From contig NC_134027.1 of assembly GCF_964204645.1 (NCBI RefSeq), forward strand, positions 3,504,485 to 3,568,484: a stretch of 64,000 bases of DNA, read 5' to 3'. This DNA is from Tubulanus polymorphus (lineage: Eukaryota; Animalia; Nemertea). This document shows, one piece after another, positions 38,773 to 52,240 of this stretch. The first letter of the stretch is position 1. Each line of letters begins with the position of its first letter. The notes under the pieces were generated by a model. It saw only the letters and a list, made by a program, of their open reading frames with translations. It ran no database searches and was not told the DNA's origin. Made by a program: the position numbers and the translations under genes.

Positions 38773-39620
38773 CTAATGTCCATGGCTTCCATCTAGATAG
38801 AACCTCAAACCACAGTATCCACAAGTATGATTACCAGGTTGATCCTGAAAACAGTAATATACCATATGAAGCAATACTCAACGCTTATTATATAATTTCA
38901 GTGGATTTCAATAATCATTCAGTGGTCTTATAACATACCAGGTTGATAAAAACTTTAGGATGACCAAGTGGGCCGCCACCACCATCGCAATGCACTACTC
39001 TCTCTGTGCATGCCTTTGGAGGAACCTCAGCAATTAAATCTATAGCAAAATTCTTATTGACCTAATGATTATGAAAAAAAAGAAGAAAAATGAACAATAT
39101 ATCTAAAATAAAAATTTAACAAACAAAAGTATTGCAGCAGTTTGTTGTCGGTCTAAGATGTTCAATCAGCTCAACTTAAAAAGGCATCCTTTTAACTTAC
39201 CACTTTGCTCTTTCCATCATTGAATCTTGCTAGTCTCCAATCATTCTGCTCAAATTTCTAAAACAGATTACTTATTGTCTTTATACATTGCATAAACAAA
39301 TTGTCACTAAATCAAGAAAGGCCCCGAGAATTTTCACTTTTCCTCCACTCCAGACAGACGTAAAAGTCCAACAACCAGAGCAGGACAAAACTGTCGGTCA
39401 AGAGAGACAGGAAGAAAACTCCACCACCAGATCCCATTCCCCAAAACTATTTGATAGATTAATCTCATTTCATGTATTTTATTACCTGTCCAGTGTGTAT
39501 TTGGAAATCTTCCCCTGACTGTGACTGTGTAGAGTATAGTAATTTGGACCCTCTGTTGATCATAGGCCCGAATCTAGAAAAATATCGAGATTTTGTAACG
39601 ATGTTGCCTAAGGTCGCCAT
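38773..39620 (-). CDS. NDUFS6: NADH dehydrogenase (ubiquinone) Fe-S protein 6 (exons 39620-39486, 39257-39201, 39061-38939, 38844-38773)
   Basis: HTGQ|[14 protein letters not shown]|[15 protein letters not shown]...[20 protein letters not shown]|[15 protein letters not shown] (zf-CHCC). Confidence 0.96.
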
Positions 39621-39885
39621 TTTAGGAATCGCTAATTGTAGGAGCCGGACAACTGGAGTCTCCGAATAGCGGAGGGCTCCGACTATTCCCACATCCACTA
39701 CTGCCAACTTCCGCTCCCTTCCAAGGTCACGTGGACATCGAGAATCGTTTTCTCGAATTTCTAAGCTTTTTTCGGCTTAAAATCATTATTGAAAATAGAT
39801 AGGTAAATTAAATTTATCAAATAAATACAACCATCCTAGACGTGGTCGTTACGGTAGTGAAACCACTCAGAGAGAATGACTCTAT

Positions 39886-39887
<2 letters not shown>

Positions 39888-39965
<78 letters not shown>
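39888..39965. repeat. (AT)n microsatellite between NDUFS6 and CIAPIN1
   Basis: Pure AT dinucleotide run. Confidence 0.98.
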
Positions 39966-39969
<4 letters not shown>

Positions 39970-40084
39970 GTTAGAATAAATACATTTTACTACACTAAGT
40001 ATCGACATAAACCGTTCTAAATTATGTTCGCGATCCGCTGATTGTTTTGTTTTCCAGAATATTTGATTTCTTGAATCATCTAAG

Positions 40085-41501
40085 ATGGTAGCGTCAGTTG
40101 ATATAAAGAGTGGGCAGACTGTCTTGCTGTTGTGGGGTGGAAAGGAATCTCCGCCAGAATCGATTAATTCAGTTGTGTCTGAGCTAAACAAGAAGGTTGC
40201 CGCAACTGGTAAAGTACAAGTCGAGCATGTCGAACGGTTACACCTTTGTAAGTTTAAAGCACAGACTAGTTTTCATATAAATGAACTGTTGAATGAAGGA
40301 GTCATTGATTTATAAAATAATGTTTGAATATTTTAGCCGCTCATAAAGACTCATCATTTGACGTCGCCCTGTCCGGCTTTTTACACCCTGCATCTGTGAT
40401 ACATGATTCGGATGTTCTTGTTGAAGTTGCACGTATTCTCAAACCTAGCGGATGTTTTTATTTGAGGGAACCTACCACTGATACGGATGGTGACAAATTG
40501 AGATCTGCTGAAAAGTTAGCTTCTTCGTTAAAGCTAGCCGGCTTTGTCAATGTATCCAATGTAAGTGAACAGGCATTCAATCATATATATATATTAACAG
40601 TAAGAAGTGTCTTGTAGATATGCATTTATGACATCCAATTTTATAGTTGTATTGGTTTAGAAATATTTGGGTATGCTTAAGGTAAAGAATCTATTAATAA
40701 TTTAGTTAAGTCTTAAGAATCTATTTATAATTTACTTAAGGCCAGCCGCTTATCACTTACACCAGCAGAACTGAAGGATATTCAACAGGCTTTAGCATTA
40801 ACATTAGATGTATGTTTAACTCAAATAAGTGGTCAAAAGCCCGCGTATGAGGTTGGAGCGCAGACTCGGTTGAAATTGTCGTTTGGTGCCAAAAGTAAGT
40901 TCATCATCATTGAGAGATACACATTGGTTTACTTAACTACATCATTCAACTTACTAATTGATACATGTTTTTGTAGAACCTAAAGATGTTGTAAAGACTG
41001 CCGCAGTTTGGTCACTTTCCGCTAATGATGTCCTTGATGATGATATTATTGATTCTGATGCACTATTGGACGAGGAAGATCTTAAGAAGCCTGACCCAAA
41101 ATCTCTAAAAGGTTCGGAATAATTTCCAAAGACCTAACCGTGACTTTTTGTACCATATATTGTATTATCGTCTTAATCACAGCTGAATGCGGTCCAAATT
41201 CTGGTCGTAAGAAAGCATGCAAGAACTGTAACTGTGGTTTGGCTGATGAATTAGATGCAGGAGGAACGCCTACACAAAAAACACCTCAACAAGCATCTGC
41301 TTGCGGAAGTGTAAGTTCATGTTCCAATATGTGATGATCTGACTGATATTTCATTTTGATAACACAAATCTTTAAATTTTGTTTCAGTGCTATCTCGGTG
41401 ATGCATTCCGTTGCGCGAGTTGTCCTTATCTTGGGATGCCGGCTTTTAAACCTGGAGATAAGGTTACACTCAGTGAAAGGCAACTGAAAGCTGACACATG
41501 A
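40085..41501 (+). CDS. CIAPIN1: Anamorsin/Dre2, cytosolic Fe-S assembly factor (exons approx. 40085-40247, 40337-40560, 40741-40894, 40977-41111, 41183-41310, 41388-41501)
   Basis: Methyltransferase-like N-domain ([16 protein letters not shown]), KPAYEVG, acidic linker [16 protein letters not shown], Fe-S motifs [12 protein letters not shown] and [28 protein letters not shown]. Confidence 0.96.
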
Positions 41502-42481
41502 ACAAAACCATATTGGTTCATTTACGATGTAATTTGAATAGCCTTAATAACTGTGATCCATAGAACTGATGATTTTAATGTATGAATTACGCTTTGATGT
41601 GTCGAATAAAATTATTATACACAGACTCCTACTTTAACTGTACACGGTACTTGTCACTTGTTAAACTGCTCAAATCGATGAATTTTACTATAATTCATTC
41701 GGAAAAACCATAGAAATTTCATGTTTCTCAACACGAATATTCTGTTCATCTCAGTGAAATATTTGCAGTCCCAATAAAGCAGTCTACTGTTATAAACGGC
41801 ATTTCTTATGCCAAGAAAAATGACAATATTCGCGTATTACCTGGTTATGCTGGTACTCATTACTGTATGAACGTACATCTAGTCATATTTGATCCTTGAA
41901 TTTTCAAATTCAGAAATTGAACTGTTTAATTATTGAATACAAAGTACTTTTTTGTACTAGTATGGAAAAGTTTCCGTAAAATTATAATAATAAATGATCC
42001 TTCATTTATCATGACTGACCAATTTGTGTTTAGTAGAGATTTTGTAAATCCTTTGCACGTGGATAATAAATTTAGTACATGTGTCAAATTAATTACTTGT
42101 CATTACTCGGTTTTTTTCATAAAAGATGCTAGATTTGATCAAGTTTTCCTCTCACTGATGATCCCAATATCAAAGCATTAAAAGCGGCCATTTCTTTCAA
42201 TCCTCTGAGCAGATCTGTTCTGGAGTCCCTTCAAGGTTAGCCATAGAGATAAAACGAGAAGTATTCAAATAGGTGGGAATTGAAAACATTTAATACAATA
42301 AATTTTAGATGAACTGTTATAGCTGATTATAATTCTAATAAATTGAAAAGCACAATACGATATAAACTTAGTTAGATACGGAATAATAAAAGGTGATATA
42401 AGCCTACTGATATGGACATTAAATTAAATTAAATAGCTCGAGGAGCTTTTTAGGTGAAATCCAAGATAGAAGTAATTAGGT

Positions 42482-45400
42482 TTACTCATTAATACCATAC
42501 TGTCCAGCAGAAAGCTGAGTCAAAAGTTCGATAGCCATGCTTTCTTGACGTGACATGTCACCGAGTTGTAACGATTCAGTTATCTGCTGCAGCGTGTCAC
42601 CACGCCCTGACAGACCTGAATTCTGAATATTTGATACTTGGCCTATTTGCTGCTGCGAGTTTGTAAATTGTTTTAGATGGGCTTGACCGTTCGCTGAGAC
42701 GTAGATCTCTAAAACATCAGCAGGAGCAATTGGCGGTGATGAAGACACCGTTATATCATTAACCGGTACTGGAATACATGCTTCGCTATTTACATTATCT
42801 TGAAATTCCAAATTTGATTTTTGTGCTTCCAAAACTGGTGTTGGGATGGCACTTGAAAATTGAATAGGGTATCCATGTATAGATTGCATGGAGATACTTG
42901 GCTGATTCAGTATATCGCCGCTTGAAGTTAGTATACTCGATTGATCCCGAAAGCTAACTATTCCAGTCTTATCATCACTAGTTGATTGTTCAGTTGTTAG
43001 AATGTACTGACTCGTACTGTGATCGACATCAGTATATTCAACAGTCATTTGTTCGTAAACAGTTTCTGGAATAGGAGTTGTACATGTGGTCGCATCTACT
43101 TTCATTTTTCGTGTCTTCGGATCGATTGAAAGTATAACTAATTCTGATGGACTTTCTTCAGGAAACATCTGATTAATGTGTGTCTCTACAACATGATCTA
43201 TACGTCCGGTGTCCTGTACGCTTTCATTAAAGTTATTCCGATTGCATTTCTTTTTTGAACTTTTCACATCCGATTCACCGCTGGCTTTTCGCTTTTCTTT
43301 TATGGGAATAATACGAGCTCCTTCGGGTGGGCTTTTCAAGTCGGAATCACGTTCATACAAACCGGCAAACACCGACATGGCGTTCAAATCCTTATTCTTC
43401 ACATCATTACTGTGTTCGCTCAGCAAATGCTTTTTGAGTTCTTTAGCATCATTAGTACCGTAGCTACAATCCTTTATCTGACACGGATATATTTTCATTC
43501 CGGCATGTTTACGGGTGTTCAATATGTGTTTTCGCAGATTTTCATGCGTGTTGCAGGCGAATGTGCAGTAAGGACATTTAAACGGTTTACTGCCGATGTG
43601 TATACGCATGTGACGCTGTAGATGTGTACTATTTTGTGCTTTGTACGGACAAAACTGGCAACTATACTTCCTTTCACCTGTATGAGTACGCATATGTCGA
43701 GTCAACTGATTTTGACTTTTACCCGCGTAGCAGCATTGATCGCACAAAAATGGACGCTCATTGGTATGAACGCGTTGATGAATAGTCAAATCGCTGACGG
43801 CTCGAAAACGCAGTTCACAACCTTCGTAAGGGCATTCGAGCTCCTTCATACTGTGTATTTTCATATGATGATTCAGTTGCCAGACATGGATGAATTTAGC
43901 GTCGCATTTTGTGCACTGTTTCGTACGCGGTACTTTCTTATGTACGAGATCCTGATGACATTTCAGAGTCCACGCTTTAGAGAATGTCTTTCCGCAGTCT
44001 TCGCAGATCAGGTGCGTCAAACCGAGATGTATTTCAAGATGGCGTCGTAATGACGCGGCCGAGGAAAACGTTTTCGCGCAGAACAGACAACTGAATGGCT
44101 TGCGTTTTTCATGGCTACGTAGATGTGGAATTATGTTAACCTTTGCCATCGTTTTTCCACACTCGGGACACGTACATTTTGTAGCCGATCCTTTCGGTAG
44201 ATTAGCTATGAATTCCTCGTATTTACTTCCAGTATCAATAGTCGCCGTTTCGTAAATTTGACTTTCATGCGATAAATTATGCATCATATATTGTTGTTTA
44301 CTGCCAAGTTTTTTCCCACACGTTTCGCAAACGTACAATTTTCCATTCCTCTGAATGCATTCTAGTAAGTGTTTATGTCCTCTAGAGTTGGAGTGGGCGT
44401 CGATTTCCTTTTTCCCGAACAAGAGGATGTCGCAAACATCGCACTTTTCGCTAATATCCACATGACTAGTCAGTAAATGCGGACGAAGGTTTGAATATTT
44501 AGGAGTAATAAAATTACAATACGGACATTTATGCTTGGTAAGTGTGTTAGGTCTCGTGCTCGTATCTGCTTCTACTTGTTCTTCATTATCTTCAGCCTCG
44601 ACCGGTTCGTTCTCGTCACCTCGATAAAGCTTACGCAAAGACAACACGGCCGCTGTTTTTGAAATATGCTTCTTCGTTTTCTCGTGAATTTTCAACGTGA
44701 ATTTATCGCAGTACGATTTCTTGCAGTAAATACATTTATACGGACGTTCTTTCGTGTGGCGACGCCTCATGTGAATCGCCAGCGACGATCGCGAACTGAA
44801 CTTTTTTCCGCCGCACGGAATACAAACGTTCTGACGTTGCGCGTTCAACAGCATCATCCGAACGTGCGAGTGTTTCGAAAGCAGGTGTCGTTTTAATTGC
44901 GTCACCGAATGAAGTTTCAAACGACACATCGAACACGCGACATCCTTACGTCGCTCGCGAATTATGACGCATCGTTTCTTCGAAGTGACCGCGTTGATGT
45001 GCGCGTCGGTTTGAACGTGCGCCAACATTTCGTCGTTATTTTTCGTCTGGAATTGACAAACCGTGCACATCTGCGGTCCGATCAGTTTCGACGCGTTATC
45101 CACGTGTTGTTTACTTTGTAAATGCGTCGTGAATTCGATCGAATGATTCGAAAACGATGTACAAATCATACAACGAAACGGCTTCGTCACTTGAATGAGA
45201 TAATCATACGTTTGAAATAGCTTTTCGTTTTCCTGCTTTTTCATGACGGCTCGATTCGTATGATATTGACTGACTAAATGAGCGCCCATTGACCTCTCGC
45301 TGCACATCGTACGATTACAAACGCTACAGAAAAATTGACGCGCTTTCTTTTTAACGGTCTCTGATTGTCGTTTCGTCGCACTTTCTTCTGCGTCATAAGT

Positions 45401-46755
45401 TTGTGCAACTTCTTCTAACACAACCTCATCATCTCCCTCATCATCATCATCAACATTATCATCTTCATCAGTTCTGAAATCATAACCGTACAATAAATAA
45501 GAATTGATAACAGAGGTTAGATCCACGACTACCTTGGATTTAATGTAACGTAATAGTCATTTCGAACCTAGAATTTCATTCCAAATCGGACAATCTATTA
45601 AAGTCATGCAAACAAACATATTTTTGGTCACCTGAAGTTCATTGGTGGAAGGTTCCACAGTCCGAATTTAAAAATTGGATGTTACTAATTCAGTAATTTT
45701 AGAGGAAACTTTCAATCAATTATGAAAAGTTGGTGAATACAATGAACAAGAGTTCTTTCTAATATAAATTAAAACTCACTCCGCTGGTATTTTTCCACTC
45801 GATGCTCTCAGGCTCATTCCTGGCTTCCATTTTCCACCAGTATGTGCTACAGAGAAAGACAAAATGTTCATAGCAAGAGATGTTAAGTGTATAAATCACA
45901 GGGTGGTGGCCACTTCTGTTTAACTTGATTTTTTGCTGACATGTTGTTTTCCCTGACTTGATCTGCTAAGAATCCAATCAAATTACACAGTCAAATACGT
46001 AAGACATAGATGGCAACTGCTTTTACACAGGATCTAGCAATCTCTTCATATTTCCCTGATTTTTAGCTTTTTTACCAAATTTTTTATAGAAAAGAAAATA
46101 ATATCCCGACTTTTCCCACATTTCCAGGTGGTGAAGTGGCCACCCAGAATCATCGGTTCAAAATCAAGACAAGACATATTGAAAACTCACCTCTAGGAGG
46201 ATGAGAACCAGGTTTCCATTTGCCACCGGTATAAGTATGAGGTGGATAATTGCTATTACCGACATCATCATCATCAAAATCATCTTCACCTTCGGACGAA
46301 AACTCGAATTCTGATAAATTCTCCAATTCCGAATCGCTATCAAACGCTAAATTCGTTAGCAAATTCGTAATCGGCAAATTAGTATCCGACGTAATACTAG
46401 ACAAGCACACGGCCAAACTCTTAGAAAAGTCCGTTTCTTTTTTAGTCGATGTCTTTGTCGTATCTTCTTTAATGGATGACTTATGCTGCAAATCTAGTGA
46501 CATCAAGAAGTCGGTGAAAGTTCCCTCTTCCTCGGCGGGAAGACAAGCATCTGATGATCCTTCATCGAGGTTATCGCACAGAACTACCGGTATATCCGAT
46601 TGGACATCGACCGGTTTTTTATCGTCGTTCTTTTTACGATCATTTTTCGCCGCGGAATCCTTGACGCAGCCGACCTTCTTGTGCGATATGTAATTATCTA
46701 AACCAATGATGGTTGCGTGACATGTCAAACACATATGGGTGTCCTGATCCTCCAT
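42482..46755 (-). CDS. ZNF407: ZNF407-like multi-zinc-finger protein, ~1207 aa (exons 46755-46191, 45846-45780, 45473-42482)
   Basis: Mix of U1/matrin-like (H..S..H) and classical C2H2 fingers. The C-terminal ENLRKHILNTRKHAGMKIYPC...CSYGTN matches the vertebrate ZNF407 terminal fingers as I recall them. Splice phases are consistent. Confidence 0.75.
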
Positions 46756-47449
46756 TTCGATTTCTGAAAATTTAATGAACATGGAAAATGTATGAATGAT
46801 GGAAGTGAACCCACCCAGTTCCAACCAACCAGTTCAGTTCAGTTGTATTTTTTTGGTCTTCCAATTTTTTCTCCCTTATGTCTTTCAGCCTAAAAAGGTC
46901 AATAAACCTCAAAGACGAAAGACTGGACGATGACGGTGCTGGTTATATCATCATTGCATACCTTATAAACGGGAATAAAACGTTTCGCTGAATTTCCTTT
47001 CGTTTATTCTGAAAAAAGTTTCTCTGACATTGACATTGTATAAAGTTGTTATTCACGAGCTGTAATTATTTTCTAAGAATTTAACTTCGATACAATAAAT
47101 ATTTATTGAATTGGATTAAACTGTTATAGATAGCATACAGTAGTGATGGCAAATTATTTGATTTCATAATCTTTTAGTTATTAAATCAATGAGAATAAAT
47201 CGGTCTGAAATTGATCCTTTTATCATCGAGGAAACATTAACGGAAACCTCCGGAAATTGCCGAGTAGCATGTCGCGAAAATGTCCCGAAGATCAGTTCGC
47301 GTCGCGAGCACCTGCGAGCACCTGCTACTACTAGCGTCTAGCATCCGCACGCTCGATTCGCGGGCGCTTGTTTCAAGCGGGATATTTTACCGGCGCGCTC
47401 AAATACTACGCACTCTGACGTTATCTACTGGTCGAATATATTGAAAGTA

Positions 47450-47489
47450 ATGCCCAGACTGAAGCAGATTCGACCAAAACGTATGAATT
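47450..47489 (+). CDS. 40-nt first coding exon MPRLKQIRPKRMN(+T, phase 1), probably teashirt/tiptop (TSHZ family); main exon lies beyond the window
   Basis: ATG followed by a strong donor gtaagta. The peptide resembles the N-terminal M[SP]RRKQxxP NuRD-binding motif. It follows a CpG-rich promoter (47250-47420) and precedes >16 kb with no recognisable coding ORF. Confidence 0.62.
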
Positions 47490-50400
47490 GTAAGTAAAAT
47501 ATTAGTTTTAATAAAATATGACTTTGCGCGTCGTAATGTTTACATGTTCTCACCGCACGAGAGGAAAGCACATGTACCTCTGTTTACATTCGGGTTGACG
47601 TTTCCAGCTAATTTTTGTCTTTTCTGTCCGTGTTCACCGGTTACTTCAATTTTCCTCGGGTTTACTTATGTTTTTGCTATGTCAAATAATGGTTTTACGG
47701 CATAGATGTCAAACAGTTGTCAATCTTTAGTTTGTAGGCTATATGTATGTTCCCTGTCATCAATCATTTGGTTTCCCTGTTGATTCACACTATATAGTAA
47801 CTTTGTATTCATGTTGTATTAGGATAATACATTTCATCCGGGCTATGCTGCAGTACTAGGCTCGGAGAGAGAGTAAGGTTTATGAGCATTTGTCACTGAA
47901 AAATGACATCTGTTCTATAGATGATCCCGCAATAAGTATGGAAATTCCCACTAATATTAAAAAATACAGACGATTAGCTATCCAGGGGCTTGATTTGCAC
48001 ATTTTATTTATTGTTAATGATGGTGCCTACTAATGGCCATCTTTGAATAGCCTACTCATTTGTCAGTGGATCTGACAAAGAAAGCCGCCTTCTAATTCTT
48101 ACAAAGCATGCATTGGTAATTTTGATACTTGATTGATTGCCAGTGTTATCAGTCATTGCTTCATAAATAAGGCCATTTATTTTCGGACCTGTCACTTTCT
48201 AGTCATATGAATCATTTTAAATGGGACCAGAACTCCTGTCGAGAAGCAAGTGTGGAATTTGGGTATTTTTCTCATGCTCTCATTTCACAAAGCAAGTTCC
48301 CTTGAGCCCATAAATCAGTCCCCACTTTGATCAATAGAAGAAGGCTGTATTTCGTAATGAATGATGAGGCTATATATTATTTAATGCATAAACTCCTGGT
48401 GTTTGGACGTTAAAATGCAATAAACCAACTGAGTTGTCTGCATTTATAATCAGATGTTCATAAAAACCAGACTGGTTCAACGCTTTGATGAATGATAAAA
48501 TGTAGGGTGAGAGATTCTGTAAAGGGGGTCAGTACCAGTAAAAAGAATTTCACCCATTATTCCCTTTTCTTCTAGATACATCTATCTTTCTAAATCTTGC
48601 TGTTGAGACCTTTTTTCTTCTCAAATCAACAGAGTATTCTATTAAACTGTGAAAAGCTGTAGATGATTGAATTCACATTTTCTGTCACACCGTTGTAAAA
48701 TATATTCAGTTGATTTATTGCAACGTTTTGTCAGTTCATTGAAAACCTCCGCAGTGGGAATAATTTTGAAATCTAACCTTTTGAAAGGGATATATTGATG
48801 GGAAACACAGATGTTTCTCAGCGTACCCGCTTGTCCATCCATCAACCGAATAGAACAGTTATAGGTTGTTGTCACTGCTGAAATTAATTGCATTTTCAGG
48901 CTGAGCTCATCACATCAACTATGACAGCTGTTTTAATATGACAAGTATCGAAAAAAGCTTTTTTACCTATTCGCTATCTGTAAAGCATTTTTATAAGACC
49001 AATATATAAGGCTGACAGCATTCATTCTCTTATATTCATCAGTCGAAACCCTATTTCGTGATTGATGAAAAATCTCGTTTGTATAGCCGCGGAACATATG
49101 GATGGAAACTATGAAAAAAATATTCGTACTTTGATGTGTAGTTGAGGACAATCAGTAGACGACTACTTTGCTAGCCTTTGATCCGTATGCGACACAAAGC
49201 AAGCACTTGTCAATCAACTAAACATCACAGAGCAGGGATTGACAGTTTCGGGAAAAATCAATTTTGCGATAAATGTTTCCGTGCTTGACATAGCGTGTTT
49301 TTCAGCATCGATTGCTCTTTCGGCGTGTTATAAGCATCGGCAGCGAGTAGATGCTGCCGCGGTCGTTGCTGCCACAGGATATAATTTCGAATACGTAATT
49401 AGACCCGTTACGTTTCATGCGTATTTTGCCCGATTTCGGTTGATTATCACAATCAGAGTAAACCTCTGTGTTCCCCCTTCAGTATTCGCGCATTTCTATT
49501 TATCACGTGCCGGTCGCCACTCTTCATCCGGGTTTAAGGGATGATGAGTCGAGTGTTTTGTCTGATTGTGATTTTCGTTGTATTAAGCGATGTTTATTGA
49601 AATCAACAGGAAGATATTTGATATCCTCGTTTTATTTTTTCGTCCAGTTTATACGTAGAATTTTCTTTTCGTGGAAGCGTCCTCGTCAACCTTAGTATCA
49701 AACTGACAAGTATGGCCGCGCACTTTAATAGCTTCCTCCAAATCCAATATGTCCACATTAATGAAACCAGTGACAAGTCTGGCTGACAGGTAATGTTGTT
49801 TAGTTTCCCTGTCAGGCATGACCTTACAGCTCCTGCCAGTTTGCCTTTGGCTACCTTTTTAAAGCGTTGAAAGTCGTTCTAGTTATCAGTGCGGAGCATT
49901 ACGTCTCATCTTTGTCAAAACACACGCGAACATTGTAATTTGTTCTGATGGCTTGTCATTGAAGTTTTGAATCATTTGTCTCGATAACTTTATACGCGGC
50001 GGCGGATGCATGAAATTTTCAGTTGGTTATGCTATACTCCCTAAGTGCTGTAATGTCTGATTCGATGAATGCGGCTGGGCTATTTTTCTTCTGACAAAAT
50101 GTCCCTGTGTGATGAAAAATGTGAAGTTTTCACTTTCACCAAATGAGCGCCGAAGAAACCGAAGAGGAGGTTGACAACCTTTTGGAATGATGTATTTTTT
50201 AGAAATGAGAAAATATTTAAAAAAAAACATCGATCTGAAATGAACGAATCAAACAGCTTGATCAAACAGCTTGACAGGTGATGGAGCGATAATCATTTTG
50301 AATAAATGCTGTAAGGTTGGAAGAACCCTCTCTTTCACAACCGCATTTTATGCATCGGTGAAGTGCCATATTTTCTATGATACCAACGTAAACTAAACGT

Positions 50401-52109
50401 TTTAGGTTTTCTGGTCAGGTCCGAATCACGGTAACAATGTGACAGGTAAATCAACTGAAGCAAGTGTTTATGAGCATCCAGACCCGTGCTGGCAGTTTGC
50501 GTTGGACGTATGTCATGTAGGATTGATTGCTTGCATGATCCGAATGAAAATCACTCTCTTGAGCTCTCTTGGAATATCGGACAAACTTCATATATGTGAT
50601 TGCTTAGTCATAGATTATGAAAACTAACCGTCTTCAAAACTTTGAACTAAAAAATTATGTTCGAACGATTTATTGAATTATTCGAGCATTGATCAAAGAT
50701 ATTTATCAACTACGTTTTACTACTTTCCTAATTTAGATATGTTTGTGAGATAATTCAGCTTTTATCTCTATCAGTTTTCACGAAGCATTCGTTTGGAGAA
50801 CATATGTTGGAATAGAGAATGCTCGCTTATGGCAGATAGAAAAAGAGTAGTGACTTGGTCGTCTTTTAGGATAGGTTGATTTTCTGATATGGTCGGGACC
50901 AGGGTCTTTGAGTTTCTAGTGAATAAAAGGATATATATAAGTACATTATTAAAAGGGAAACTCGTGACTGAAAAATGATATTGTTTTGTGATGCGTTCTT
51001 GTTGCCAGCTGAACCTGAATTTATTCATTGTAACAATATTCATCTATGATTAACGGCAAGCGTTTATTTTTGTAAGCTCCGGACGTTCGTAAAATGACTT
51101 CCTTAAAAGCCTTTCACAATTTGTCTTACGGATTTGTAATTGGTGGCGATTATATTGTGGTTAGTTGATATTTATGGTAAGCCAGTGACAAGGGTGTCGC
51201 TGATGACAATAAACCTTCACGTTTCACTTAAATGGGCTGAAGCCATTTAGCCAGAGTATTCTTAATCGACGAACTGACCGTTAATTAATTGAAAAAATAT
51301 AGGCGACAGTGATATACGCATCGTGGTAGCTTGTAAACGATACGAGACCTCAGTTTTGGGATAAATTAGTCATTAGTAATCGTATAAGTAGCCGTTAAGC
51401 GTCCATTTGACGATTTCCTTCCCTGTATGGTGGGAATATAAATGATTCGCCACTGAGAAATTTATGAGCGACCGAACCTTCATTGATTTTGTCAGGTATA
51501 TGGACACAGTTAATAATCCGCAGTCGTCGCGTACACTTAGTTCTGTTTCAACACAGAATTACGCGCAACAAATCTAATAATAAGATACATGTATTACAAT
51601 TAACACGCCTAGCGTCGTCAATTTTACCTTGAATAATGACACGGAGCCAAACTGAACGGCAACAACTGATGGCCTCAAACTAATCGAATATTTTCTCGAA
51701 ATTCTGCAGCCTTGCTGTTGCCGTTGACCGGGACAGGTGATATTAGTGATGGGGAAAATAAGGCTTTTGTTAACTTATACACCCAGCTGGTTTATCGTTT
51801 TTGTAGAATCGTAATTGGCATAAAATGGACATTAATAATGATCAATGTAGCTACATGTATATAAATCAATGTATTCTATGAGAATTATGATCCATATATT
51901 AAATGTATTCATGGATTTTAGAGGCATGATAAATTTACATGTTATTTATGTTTATGTAAATGATGTAAATGTAACCACGTACAAGAGTTGTTTTTTTTTC
52001 TCAACGTAGAAATTGCACACGTGCGCAAAGGAATCCATCATTCATTTTAAAGTATTTTTCAGTTTAAATCTCTCCCAGTCCAAATCTGCATAGTCACATG
52101 CCTGCAATA

Positions 52110-52240
<131 letters not shown>

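Noticed and set aside
39817-40191. ORF with a YIYIYI run
   Set aside because: Translation of the (AT)n microsatellite, antisense to CIAPIN1.
43209-46693. Several plus-strand ORFs
   Set aside because: Antisense shadows of the ZNF407 coding exons.
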